From Nitrosopumilaceae archaeon (lineage in GTDB: Archaea; Thermoproteota; Nitrososphaeria; Nitrososphaerales; Nitrosopumilaceae), in the NCBI GenBank assembly GCA_965207375.1, contig OZ242274.1:1472001-1536000 (forward strand): DNA of 64,000 nucleotides, written 5' to 3'. Positions 1 through 9,871 of this stretch are shown here, piece after piece (position 1 is the stretch's first letter; the number at the start of each line of letters is the position of its first letter). A program made the translations under genes and the position numbers. Under the pieces are notes generated by a model, which was given only the letters and a program-made list of their open reading frames with translations, was not told the origin of the DNA and ran no database searches.

Positions 1-23
1 ACGATAACACTGACTATGAAAAC

Positions 24-764
24 ATGATGTATCATGGACTGACAGACCTAAACGCATACATCAAAAACCACAAAATAAAGGTGGATAACACCAAGAGCAA
101 AAAACGAATGCGTGTATTCTACCTCCAACCGTACTCTTATGGAAGATACAAGGAAACTTGTACCTCAGATGATCTTCCAGAGGGGACGATCATAGTAGGT
201 GATGCATTTGATGTATTGTGTGGCATTGCAGCGATACAGCGGGGAGTAAATGACACTTACCACCTTGCTGTAAAGGCTAAAACTGCATCAAGTGGAATTA
301 CTTTGGAGCAGTTTATACATGAATCAGGCAGATATCTATACAACACCAATATTGGCATAATGACTGCTGCACAAATACGAGACTGCAAAAAACCTGTGGT
401 AATAACAGACCAGACCTTTGGGAGTCTATTTGGTTCACATAAAATCATAGTGAGGAAAAACCAATATGCTTTCAGACTCGCAGTCGTATTGAATAACCAA
501 TTCCAGGATCATATACTGTATCGTGATCTCACACCAGAAAACATCAATCAGTTACAGTTGATGTTTCCAAACAAAAATCTAAAAGATCACACAGATGGCA
601 AAACACTAGACATGATAAACTATACGCCATACATACAAAGTGACATCATCAAAAAATACATACCGCGTTTGTTTGATTTGACATCTTACTATCAAGAATC
701 GATGCTTGAGGTGCTGATGAAAATGGACAAAGAAATCATGGCTTTAAAAAAAGACCATGAATGA
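24..764 (+). CDS. hypothetical protein (MGE-like context)
   Basis: 246-aa ORF with no recognisable motif; co-oriented with the downstream small-gene cluster. Confidence 0.5.
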   Translation: MMYHGLTDLNAYIKNHKIKVDNTKSKKRMRVFYLQPYSYGRYKETCTSDDLPEGTIIVGDAFDVLCGIAAIQRGVNDTYHLAVKAKTASSGITLEQFIHESGRYLYNTNIGIMTAAQIRDCKKPVVITDQTFGSLFGSHKIIVRKNQYAFRLAVVLNNQFQDHILYRDLTPENINQLQLMFPNKNLKDHTDGKTLDMINYTPYIQSDIIKKYIPRLFDLTSYYQESMLEVLMKMDKEIMALKKDHE

Positions 765-1081
765 AACCGGAATAAAACTTTGGGCAATTACTACAACAGA
801 CAAAAAACATACAGATAGAGGCTGACATCCTTGCAGGGTCGTACAAGTCAACAATACTCAAACTGTGCACATATCTCAAGTCGATAAAGCCTATACGGGA
901 GATAAAAATGCGTGATACTTGGATGTCGTATCTGTTGTATGGTACAACAGACTATACCAAAGATATTTGCAAGTCCGAGATATCGGCACATCAACATGTC
1001 TTGTTGCATTCAAGCTGAATGTACAGACTACATCTGTGAGAAGATACGTATCCCAATTTCCTGAAACTAGGAGGTAATCTA

Positions 1082-1369
1082 ATGGAAAAAATACACTACT
1101 ATGCAGACGCAGGCCATGGCTGGCTCAGAGTACCTGTAATAGAACTGATACATTTGAAAATACACAAAAAGATAACTATACACTCGTACATGAGAGGCAG
1201 ATGGGTATATCTTGAAGAGGATCTTGATGCAGTAACCTACCTTGATGCAGTAAAATTACGCCCTAAAATTGTACAGCATGTATCAGATGGTTTTAGCACA
1301 ATACGCAAATTTGATTCGTTTAATGTAGAGAATTGGTTACAAAAAAACGAATTGGAGGTTATATCATGA
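1082..1369 (+). CDS. small hypothetical protein of phage/plasmid type
   Basis: DAGHGWL...VYLEEDLDA motif, recalled from MGE hypotheticals; GGAGGT SD-like site upstream; stop overlaps next ATG. Confidence 0.65.
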   Translation: MEKIHYYADAGHGWLRVPVIELIHLKIHKKITIHSYMRGRWVYLEEDLDAVTYLDAVKLRPKIVQHVSDGFSTIRKFDSFNVENWLQKNELEVIS

Positions 1370-1620
1370 CTGAAATGAACAAAAACGGTATAGTACAGTA
1401 TTTACACTGTGCAAAATGTATGCAAGAGATTCCAGATGGCTGCGTGCCTGCACTGTATCAGCGTGTCAATGTCGGATTTACCGTCAAAGGACTCCAGATA
1501 TGGTGTGTACGTCACGGAATCAATGTACTGCATGTGGACTTTGAGGGTGTAAAACATCCTGTAGACCTTACTGCTGGCAAGCCAGAAATGCCTGAATCTG
1601 TCTGTGAGGAACTCAGATGA
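1366..1620 (+). CDS. small Cys/His-rich hypothetical protein
   Basis: HCAKC...WCVRH; ATGA coupling at both ends; start moved to ATG 1366. Confidence 0.6.
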   Translation: MTEMNKNGIVQYLHCAKCMQEIPDGCVPALYQRVNVGFTVKGLQIWCVRHGINVLHVDFEGVKHPVDLTAGKPEMPESVCEELR

Positions 1621-2066
1621 GTCCTGACAGGATACCAGATGAGTCTGAAAAAAGGACTCGAAAAGAAAAGATCAGAGACCATGCAGAGGTAATCATCAAA
1701 AGGCCCATGGGTTGGTTGTTTATGGTGTTTGTGTACTTTGGGACATTTCTGATTATAATTGATGCCCCAAATACATGGCCTATAATGCAGGATCTACCCA
1801 TATTCGGTGTCTTTATTATTCCAGGGTTCGTAGGAGTAATCATGTTGCTGGTAACAAAGCAAGAGGTTAGAGAGATACGCGGTCGTTTTACCAACATAGA
1901 TGCAAAACTTGATAAAATTGATACAAGGCTTGAGAATATCGAGAAAACAATGGATACAAGGCTTGAGAATATCGAGAAAACAATGGATACAAGGCTTGGT
2001 ACAATAGAAAAGACACTCGTCTCAATGTATCATTTGTTAGATGAACGTCTGCCAAAACGTGTATAG
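1617..2066 (+). CDS. two-TM membrane protein with C-terminal coiled coil
   Basis: two hydrophobic segments followed by DTRLENIEKTM 11-aa (33-bp) repeats. Confidence 0.7.
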   Translation: MSPDRIPDESEKRTRKEKIRDHAEVIIKRPMGWLFMVFVYFGTFLIIIDAPNTWPIMQDLPIFGVFIIPGFVGVIMLLVTKQEVREIRGRFTNIDAKLDKIDTRLENIEKTMDTRLENIEKTMDTRLGTIEKTLVSMYHLLDERLPKRV

Positions 2067-2070
2067 GTGA

Positions 2071-2370
2071 ATGTTTATGCTGTTACTGACACAAAAAGAG
2101 GTTAGAGAGATACGCGGTCGTTTTACCAACATAGATGTAAAACTTGAAAACATCGAGAAAACACTGGACACAAGGCTTGGTAGTATGGATACAAGGCTTG
2201 GTAGTATGGATACAAGGCTTGGTAGTATGGATACAAGGCTTGGTAGTATGGATACAAGGCTTGGTAGTATGGATACAAGGCTTGGTAGTATGGATACAAG
2301 GCTTGAGAATATTGAAAAGACACTCGTCTCAATGTATCATTTGTTAGATGAACGTCTGCCAAAACAATGA
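2071..2370 (+). CDS. TM-less paralog of the upstream C-terminal coiled coil, with heptad repeats
   Basis: near-identical EVREIRGRFTNID and EKTLVSMYHLLDERLPK flanks; 6x DTRLGSM. Confidence 0.55.
   Translation: MFMLLLTQKEVREIRGRFTNIDVKLENIEKTLDTRLGSMDTRLGSMDTRLGSMDTRLGSMDTRLGSMDTRLGSMDTRLENIEKTLVSMYHLLDERLPKQ
2167..2305 (+). repeat. 21-bp tandem repeat GATACAAGGCTTGGTAGTATG, ~6.6 copies
   Basis: read directly in the sequence. Confidence 0.95.
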
Positions 2371-3011
2371 CGTTATCTGCAAAGATACTTGTCAAAATTT
2401 TTGAAAGATTAACAGAACCCAAATCAAAGAGAGCACTCAGACGGCTATACAAAGAAAGCAGTCAAGCAGGAAGAAAGGCGTGACTATACAGCACACCACA
2501 AACAAAAAAAATCCTAGAATCATTTCCAAAAGTGGCTGATACTTATGACACAAGTATCTGCACATTTGTAATGGTTCTAGACAATTTAAAACAAAACAAA
2601 TGCGAGCAATTAATCAAGCTCGTACTACATGGTGGAGGAGATGCAAAAAAGGCACTACAATTTAGTGCTGTATACTCCAACCATAGCAGGGAAATCCCCC
2701 TGATGAATTTGTGATATTGTACTGTTCTCTGAAAAATGGGAATTACATGTCATAAATGCTCCGTGAATCTAACACGGGGTTGACCGGGTCCTATATAGGG
2801 TCTGTGTCGAAACTCAAAGATGTATTTTACATCGGTGCAGTATCAGATGTTTTACATCTGTACTGCCTTTGAGTCGGGGAAACAAAACACCAAAATCTCT
2901 TCTATCTGTATCGTCTTGAGAAACAATGATGATTTCGTCAGGGGCGACCTGAAAACAGATGGGGTGTTTCCCCCAGATTAAACGGCATAGTCGTCAAAAA
3001 TAAAAATAATA

Positions 3012-3108
3012 GTATCTGTTAACGTTGTTTTGAATTTATGATATTCTAGGCATGAAATTACTTTGTCAAAAGATAGAATAAAAATTTAGAGGTGACGTTA
3101 ACACTTAT
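3012..3108. mobile_element. short IS66-type MITE/relic
   Basis: ends GTATCTGTTAACGT...ACGTTAACACTTAT resemble the IS66 TIR GTAAGTGTTAACGT; no TSD seen. Confidence 0.4.
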
Positions 3109-3589
3109 GGTACATCTATTATTTTTAGGACATGATTTCCATGCTTCTGTGTACCCTTACCCAAATCAACACCGTTGACACATCTACTGTTGGCTCTTAC
3201 ACTGTAACATACAGCTGTACTGATGATACAGGAAACGCCGCAGTACTGCAGGTTCGTAACGTAAATGTAATTTCGGTACCTGATATGCCAACTAATCTCG
3301 TAGCTGTTGCAGAAAATATGCGTGTCTTACTATCTTGGATTGCACCAATTGATAATGGTGGCTCACCTATAACAGGATATATGATACACCACAAGACATC
3401 AACAGATCCATGGCCTGGTACGGTATCTATTGTAAATAATGTCACATCCTATGTCGTACCGAATCTGACCAATGACATACAGTATGATTTCAGAATTAAC
3501 GCAACAAATGACGCAGGAACAGGTGTATCCTTTAATATTGTTAGTGTAACATTGGAATGGACTAGCTCCAAATCTGTATTTAAAAAAAC

Positions 3590-5095
3590 GTAAGTGTTTA
3601 CGCCGTGCCTAGATTTTGACCATTTACGATCAAATTTTTGGCAACATGATCTAAATGAGGTCAAATAGTCAAACCATACATTGCCAGATTACAAAAAACT
3701 CTACAAAGCCGAACGAACTAAGAATCTAAAACTCGAACAGATAATAGAGATAAAACATGACAACGAAAAAAAACTAAAAGATACAGTAAAAGAACAACAA
3801 AATGACATACACAATTTGAAAATTATTACAACTGATCTTAATAAGAGACTCCAATTTTATGATAACGCACATACTCCACCATCACGTAAGATGCCAGAAA
3901 AGAAAAAAACTGAGAATAAAAACAAGGATAAAAACAAGAAAACAACAGGTGAGCGAGGAGCACCAAAGGGACACAAAGGTGCAACAAACAAGCCAAAACC
4001 TACAAAATTCAAACAACACACGCCAGCAAAATGTCCAGAGTGTGCTCAAAAGATCTTAAAATTATCAAAACACAGATACGTGACATTACAGAGGTACCAC
4101 CACAGGTACAACCTGAAACAACACGTCATCATGTAGATTTGTGTTCATGTAAAAGCTGTGGCAAAAAAGACATAATCCCAGAGACTGATTTTCCTAAAAA
4201 AGGCAATTATGGCAACAATATAGTGACACAGGCAGTAGCAAATTATATCGACAGACTGCCCCACCGCAGAAACGCAGAAGCATTGACCTTGAGGGGAATC
4301 AAAATATCTCCAGCTTCTGCACACAACATAATAACAATGGTTGGTGCGTGCCTAACGGCACCCACAAAACAACTCCTAAAGGCAATCAGGGCTGCAGTCC
4401 TGTTACACATAGATGAGACATCAATACACCTAAACGGCAAAAACGTATGGGCGTGGGTATTTTACATTCCAGGTACAAATACTGCACTGTATGTGCTACG
4501 ACCTAGCAGGGGAAGAGACGTACTCGAAGAGATACTGGGATCTGACTGGAAGGGAACAATCATCTGTGACGGACACAAACCGTACATCGTATACGATATC
4601 CAAAGATGCTGGGCTCACATCATGCGTGAGATGCATCACGAGACACAAAAATGCGGATGTAAAAAATGTCTGGGTGCACTAGAGGCTCTCAAAAAAATCT
4701 ATGAAGATGCAAAAGATACCATAACTGCACGTATCTCGTATAAACGGCGCAAAAAAATACGGCGCAATCTGTATCGTCGTGTAAAGAGGATTATTGATAC
4801 ATACACTCCATTGCACAATCTCAAAAGATTCATGGGAAAGCTGGGACGAGCCCTCCCAAACCTGTTCAGGTTTGTGCTGGATCCTACCATACCTCCTACC
4901 AACAATGCAGCAGAACGTGCACTGCGTGAGATTGTCGTACACAGAAAAATACGAGGTGGAATCAGATCTGAGAAAAGCATGGAGACATTGGGCAATCTGT
5001 TTTCATGTGTGATGACGTGGAGAAATGCTGGATTAAATTATCTAGAAGAGATGGTAAAATACCTCTAGATGGGTAAAAACGACGTTAACACTTAC
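3590..5095 (+). mobile_element. IS66-family insertion sequence, copy 1
   Basis: GTAAGTGTT termini; 8-bp TSD AAAAAAAC at 3582-3589 and 5096-5103. Confidence 0.92.
3681..5068 (+). pseudogene. IS66 transposase, frameshifted near 4044
   Basis: HIDET, ICDG, QRCWAH, TNNAAERALR motifs; GAGTGTGCTC here vs GAGTGTGGCTC in copy 2. Confidence 0.88.
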
Positions 5096-5202
5096 AAAAA
5101 AACAGATATTGTATCTGATATGATTCCTCCTGTAATTGAAATAATAGGTTCTGATACCATCACAATAAACAAAGATTCTGTATTTTCAAATGTAGATGCA
5201 CT

Positions 5203-5690
5203 AAAAGATGTACGCTGTACCGATGACATGGATTCAAACCCTTCCCTTACGGTTGATACAAGTAGAGTTACTACTGCTACTGTAGGTGATTACACAATAG
5301 TGTACAGATGTGTAGACCATTCTGGTAATCATGCCGAACCTCAGATTAGGACGATACACATAGTTGATACAGTTGAAAACAAAAATATTTCTGACAGATC
5401 ATCTAGTCCGAGTACAACATCGTCTCGAGTCGGAGGTGGTGGTGGATTTACCTTGGGTCCTGTAGCAGTTGCATACAATCAATGTGGTATACATAACAAC
5501 TTTGTTCTTGTTGCAGCTACATATGGAGACAATCTTGCAGCATCAGTATCTTATGGAGAAACTACAATTCTAGGACAAATTACAATGTCGATATTTCAGA
5601 ATATGTCTCAAAGCGCACTCCGGCAAAATTGTATGCGTTTGATTTTGTAAATATGCCTACAGACGTATCCTCCTTTAAGCTAAATGTGTA
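5203..5690 (+). repeat. left copy of ~490-bp direct repeat (partner 59238-59723)
   Basis: colinear match, roughly 95% identical by eye, with small indels. Confidence 0.92.
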
Positions 5691-7236
5691 GTAATCGCAA
5701 AAAAGAATGGAACGCTTTCTGGCTGTAGCCTGTGCTATTAGATTTCAGCCACAGGTAAAACGCAAAATCATGACAGAATATGGGCAAATTCATAAAATCA
5801 AACATGTTGTGGCATGTTTTGGTATATTGGTGCAGTTTTGAGCTTAGGTTACCCTGAAAAGACAACCCTTGAAATCCTGATATGTTTTTCAGATTACAGA
5901 TGTCTGAAGGACGTTTTTGGCCTGATCTATTGCATCAAGCATGTATTTGAACAGCTTTACAGTTGCCACCTCGCCTGATTTTATGAGTTGTTTTATGGTA
6001 TCATGCATTTTTTCAAAGCTGCCAAAGTATCTTCCTGCAATGGCCCGTTTGATCTCACGCCACATCATCTCTATTGGATTGTGCTGTGGGGTGTACGGTG
6101 GAAGGTACCACAGGACAACATCGCCGCATGCCTTTTCCAAATACTCTTTGATCTTTTTGGATTTGTGGCCACTTGCATTATCACATATCACAAAGACTCT
6201 GCCATGCTTTTTACGTATCTGTTCAAGTAAATCTATGACACTATCAGATCCAACGTCGTCATAAAAATCCAAGACTAGTCCGTCTTGACCGAGTGCGCCT
6301 ATTGCCTTTGTGGTAGCAGTCTTAAAGTTAGACTTTACAGTTTCATGTCCACCTATGGGACGAATCCCACGAGCAGAAAACGGCGAGTCGGCAAATCCTA
6401 CAGCATCCAAACAACATATGGCATAATCAGCAGATGCATGTGACGTAATTGCTTGTATGGTGTTTGACACGTATTTGTCAATTGTCTCCTTGTCAGGTGT
6501 ATTGTATGGTACGGATCTAGGCACTCTGATGGAATAACCCATGCCATACGCAAGTGCAAGAGCTCCTGATGCACTGTATTGTGTACCATAATTGTTCTCA
6601 ATGTGTACTCCAAGCAGTCTAGCAGTCCAGTTTGAGCGCTCAAAACCGCTGCACATTGGATCCTGGACAAGAGATATTCTGACTGCCTCCTGTTGTACCT
6701 TTGAGAGCTTGCAGGGTCTTCCGGTACTCTTGCCGTCAAGTATCGCATCAGGTCCTTCTTTTTGCATCCTGTTGAGCCATCTTGAGATGCTGCCCTTACC
6801 TCGTCCTAGAATTTTACGTATAGATTCTAGATCTAGGCCCTGTCTGCGCAGCAGTGCTGCCTGTAGCCGCTCACGCGACTTGCCTGAGTGCTCTGCCTTT
6901 AGGCGATGTTCCATCTCAGACGTAGTGGTACCTTTGAGAAACTCTATTCCTCTCTTTACCCCTGAGGATGGCTTCATAAAATATCGTCCTCCCAACATGG
7001 GCAGTTAAATATGGCATTATCAAGTGTATCTTGATGTGCCTTTAGCTGTTGTATCATAATTGCTTCTAGGCACGTCAATCTTTTGTATCGCAAGTTCTAA
7101 TTTCATTGATCCCATACGTTACCAAATATGACAAAAATGCAACTAAGCAGGCACATTCCTGTCCAATTTGGCCCAAGATATGGGCATGCAGGCTCTTTTT
7201 TTCAGGAATTTGGGTTCCATTCTTTTTTCAAATTAC
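5691..7236 (-). mobile_element. IS630-family insertion sequence
   Basis: TIRs GTAATCGCAAAAAAGAATGGAAC / GTAATTTGAAAAAAGAATGGAAC with flanking TA duplication. Confidence 0.9.
5889..6998 (-). CDS. IS630-family DDE transposase
   Basis: N-terminal HTH with GRP motif; CDNASGH and YLPPYTPQHNPIEMMW DDE_3 motifs. Confidence 0.92.
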   Translation of the reverse strand: MLGGRYFMKPSSGVKRGIEFLKGTTTSEMEHRLKAEHSGKSRERLQAALLRRQGLDLESIRKILGRGKGSISRWLNRMQKEGPDAILDGKSTGRPCKLSKVQQEAVRISLVQDPMCSGFERSNWTARLLGVHIENNYGTQYSASGALALAYGMGYSIRVPRSVPYNTPDKETIDKYVSNTIQAITSHASADYAICCLDAVGFADSPFSARGIRPIGGHETVKSNFKTATTKAIGALGQDGLVLDFYDDVGSDSVIDLLEQIRKKHGRVFVICDNASGHKSKKIKEYLEKACGDVVLWYLPPYTPQHNPIEMMWREIKRAIAGRYFGSFEKMHDTIKQLIKSGEVATVKLFKYMLDAIDQAKNVLQTSVI

Positions 7237-7238
7237 TA

Positions 7239-7879
7239 TGTGTAATCTGCGGGTGTTTGGATGTGGGACATGAAGTTATAGAGACCTGAGAATGTGGACA
7301 CAAACAAAAAACTCAAAATCAAAGATGTGTCTTTATTTATTTTGAATTTAATAGTGAATCAATCTTTTGTTCTAGTCTATCTAACTTACCACAGTTCTCT
7401 TGTACTGCACTCTTCAATCCACTTACTGTATTCTTCAATCCACTTACTGTATTCTTCAATCCACTTACTTCATCTTTCATTTCCTTTATGGATGTATGAG
7501 TACTTTGCATTTCAACATTAAATGAATCAAATTTTGTACTCAATGTGTCTAATCGATTTATAATATCATCCATGAATTATACACATTATACGGTATTAAA
7601 AAAGCATCTGTTTTTTTAAAAATTGTTAATTACTTTCTATTTGCTTTAATACTTCTGCAATTTTAGGCCATAATGGACTAGAGTATTTCTTGCTATTTGC
7701 TTCAGCCTCTGTAGCCGTCATAGGATTGTCATGTTGTAATAATCCAAATCCTGCCAAAACTCTAGTTGATGGAAAGAACAAGTGGAAAACAATAATTCAA
7801 AATGCTAGTCTGTACAAGGAAAATTCTATCTAAGCGTGAAATTTCAATTTGGAGAAAATTAACACCCACAGATTACACA
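7239..7879. mobile_element. inverted-repeat-bounded, non-autonomous element-like segment
   Basis: 19-bp IR TGTGTAATCTG(C/T)GGGTGTT at both ends; no transposase inside. Confidence 0.5.
7337..7573 (-). CDS. small coiled-coil protein with 21-bp repeats
   Basis: VSGLKNT heptad repeats. Confidence 0.55.
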   Translation of the reverse strand: MDDIINRLDTLSTKFDSFNVEMQSTHTSIKEMKDEVSGLKNTVSGLKNTVSGLKSAVQENCGKLDRLEQKIDSLLNSK

Positions 7880-7955
7880 GAACCGATTTTTGAAAAATTA
7901 TTATACTAGTGTGTTATAGTATAATCGTGAACAAATTACTTTTTAAAACAAAAAC

Positions 7956-8132
7956 AATTAAAGTTTGTAAATTGCATTCTTTTTCACATGATAATTAAAG
8001 TTTGTAAATTGCATTCTTTTTCACATGATAATTAAAGTTTGTAAATTGCATTCTTTTTCACATGATAATTAAAGTTTGTAAATTGCATTCTTTTTCACAT
8101 GATAATTAAAGTTTGTAAATTGCATTCTTTTT
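7956..8132. repeat. perfect 37-bp tandem repeat, ~4.8 copies (iteron-like)
   Basis: unit AATTAAAGTTTGTAAATTGCATTCTTTTTCACATGAT, no spacers, in AT-rich intergenic DNA. Confidence 0.95.
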
Positions 8133-8545
8133 AAAATCAAATGAAAAATGCAGTAAACTTTTCTTGACCAAATAATTGTGTTAAAAATCAGTAAGAAAAG
8201 TCAATTTTTAGGCACATGTGGGCATGAATCTCAAATCAGAGACGAAGAAAAATTTTATGAAAAAATATGCATAAAAAGTGAATCTATCATAAATACCACG
8301 TTCAAACTATTTGATGATTTTTTATTGATAATGCCTGATACTGGGACATAAAGTGCCCAGATGAAATACACAAGGAGGTACTTGCAGAACGCGTTTTAAT
8401 TCAAAACAATAATGATAAAGAATCCTAATGTGTGCCCAGATAATATAATGATATCAAAAATAAAGCACAATGTAAAAAAGTACAAAATAAGAAATTACAT
8501 TTACATTTGAAGATTAAAATAATACGCCCACTTTATGCATATATT

Positions 8546-8939
8546 ATGTACCTAACTGAGCAAACCTCTACCTGTCCACGTTTCCTGGCAATATTTTGCC
8601 ATGGCCCTGTCTGTTCCTATGCGTATGTGGCTATCTCTGGTAACATATCCTATACGATAAAACGCCCCCCCCCCCTTTTGTGAGGGGCAGCGCAGGTGCG
8701 ACTCTACAAAGAATCGTACGGTTTTGGAATTTGCAGATAAATCCAGGATGTTATGTGATACCTGTGTTGGTTTCATCAAACGTAACTCTAACATAATTAC
8801 AATTTTAGCTAAAAGTATAGAGTGTGGCAAGACAGAAAATTATGATACTATAAAACGCTGTCTCTGGTGCAGAAAACATCTCTGCAAACCATACATGAAA
8901 CAGCACACTCATCACACACGGAGAGACTATGGCGTTTAG
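8546..8939 (+). pseudogene. Cys-rich hypothetical gene split at a C11 tract
   Basis: ATG 8546 frame stops at 8683 just after C11 (8665-8675); loss of one C joins it to ORF 8724-8939. Confidence 0.5.
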
Positions 8940-9222
8940 ATTTTCATCCGATCAGATAGCTGATTTGGCACAAATTTTAGGCGGTAAAACAGGGGAGGCA
9001 ATATCTAATTTAATGGATGATACTATATCTCATTATTACATATACGGCTATGACTGTACCGATGAACCAGTCACTGTTAAAATCAGTATTGATACCTTGG
9101 AGGCAGTTTCAGATTTTGGTCATTTGCATGAACTAAATGCTATACGTGAGTGCATGAGGTGTACAAAACAGGATTATATCGTACTGTACGGCAGGGCAGC
9201 AGTCAAGGAGGTAACAGCATGA
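8929..9222 (+). CDS. hypothetical protein
   Basis: part of a translationally coupled gene chain. Confidence 0.6.
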   Translation: MAFRFSSDQIADLAQILGGKTGEAISNLMDDTISHYYIYGYDCTDEPVTVKISIDTLEAVSDFGHLHELNAIRECMRCTKQDYIVLYGRAAVKEVTA

Positions 9223-9632
9223 GCTGGCTATATGTAGATAACGATAACAGTTCTGTTCAGCATTATTTTTATGATGTATCATCGTTATGTGGACAAATAA
9301 GCCTACCTTGTGCAGGTGTAGTATCTGCACGTCTCAGGTGTACGTGCAATACCTGTCGTGATATTTTAAAATCAACAAAGGTATACGGTCTTACCAAACG
9401 CATAAAAAAACAGCTAGACACAATAAACCAAAAAAATCTACACAACTTTGGCTGTGATACCAAACACATGCTACACAACTATCTGACATCAGGAGATTTG
9501 ATATCCTTTGATGATTTGGTGTCTATAATTTCTGATAGTATTGATAAACAATATCCGGTAGCACATGTGGTACAACTCATTTCTACCGGAAGATACCTTT
9601 GCGTACATGGCTGCATGGAGTATAGGCCATGA
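9219..9632 (+). CDS. Cys-rich hypothetical protein
   Basis: GGAGGT SD and ATGA overlap at 9219; ATGA overlap with next gene. Confidence 0.6.
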   Translation: MSWLYVDNDNSSVQHYFYDVSSLCGQISLPCAGVVSARLRCTCNTCRDILKSTKVYGLTKRIKKQLDTINQKNLHNFGCDTKHMLHNYLTSGDLISFDDLVSIISDSIDKQYPVAHVVQLISTGRYLCVHGCMEYRP

Positions 9633-9871
9633 AATTATGCTTTTTGTCCGGGCGTACCGGGGAATTTTCTGATGACGTAGAAAACCCTGCCAAACCCTTT
9701 AGCGATACCGTGGACAATGGTGACATGTGGATTTTGGTGCAGGGGACTGTATCAGGTGTACATGACTTTAACTTCAAAAACTATAGAAACTTCAACGACA
9801 TTATGGGAGGTTCTTCGGAATTGGTACAGACCGGAATTATGATACAAGAAGAGTCGTCCTCACCGGAATGA
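9629..9871 (+). CDS. hypothetical protein
   Basis: ATGA overlaps at both ends. Confidence 0.55.
   Translation: MKLCFLSGRTGEFSDDVENPAKPFSDTVDNGDMWILVQGTVSGVHDFNFKNYRNFNDIMGGSSELVQTGIMIQEESSSPE

Larger units (their letters stand above)
3132..5690 (+). pseudogene. surface protein (DUF5011/HYR-like Ig repeats + fibronectin type III), 5'/middle part, disrupted
   Basis: VDTSTVGSYTVTYSCTD Ig repeat and LSWIAPIDNGGSPITGY FN3; removing IS66 plus one TSD rejoins VFKKT-DIVSD in frame; frameshift near 5578; cut at 5690 by IS630. Confidence 0.8.

Noticed and set aside
1840-2370. Diversity-generating retroelement TR/VR pair
   Set aside because: No reverse transcriptase in the window; the differences are mainly repeat-unit changes, not adenine-specific substitutions
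2123-2452. Alternative-frame repeat ORFs (QALYPYY on minus, WIQGLVV on plus)
   Set aside because: Shadow frames of the 21-bp repeat; the DTRLGSM frame matches the upstream paralog
7956-8132. CRISPR array (37-bp repeat)
   Set aside because: Units are head-to-tail with no spacers, and no cas genes are present in the window
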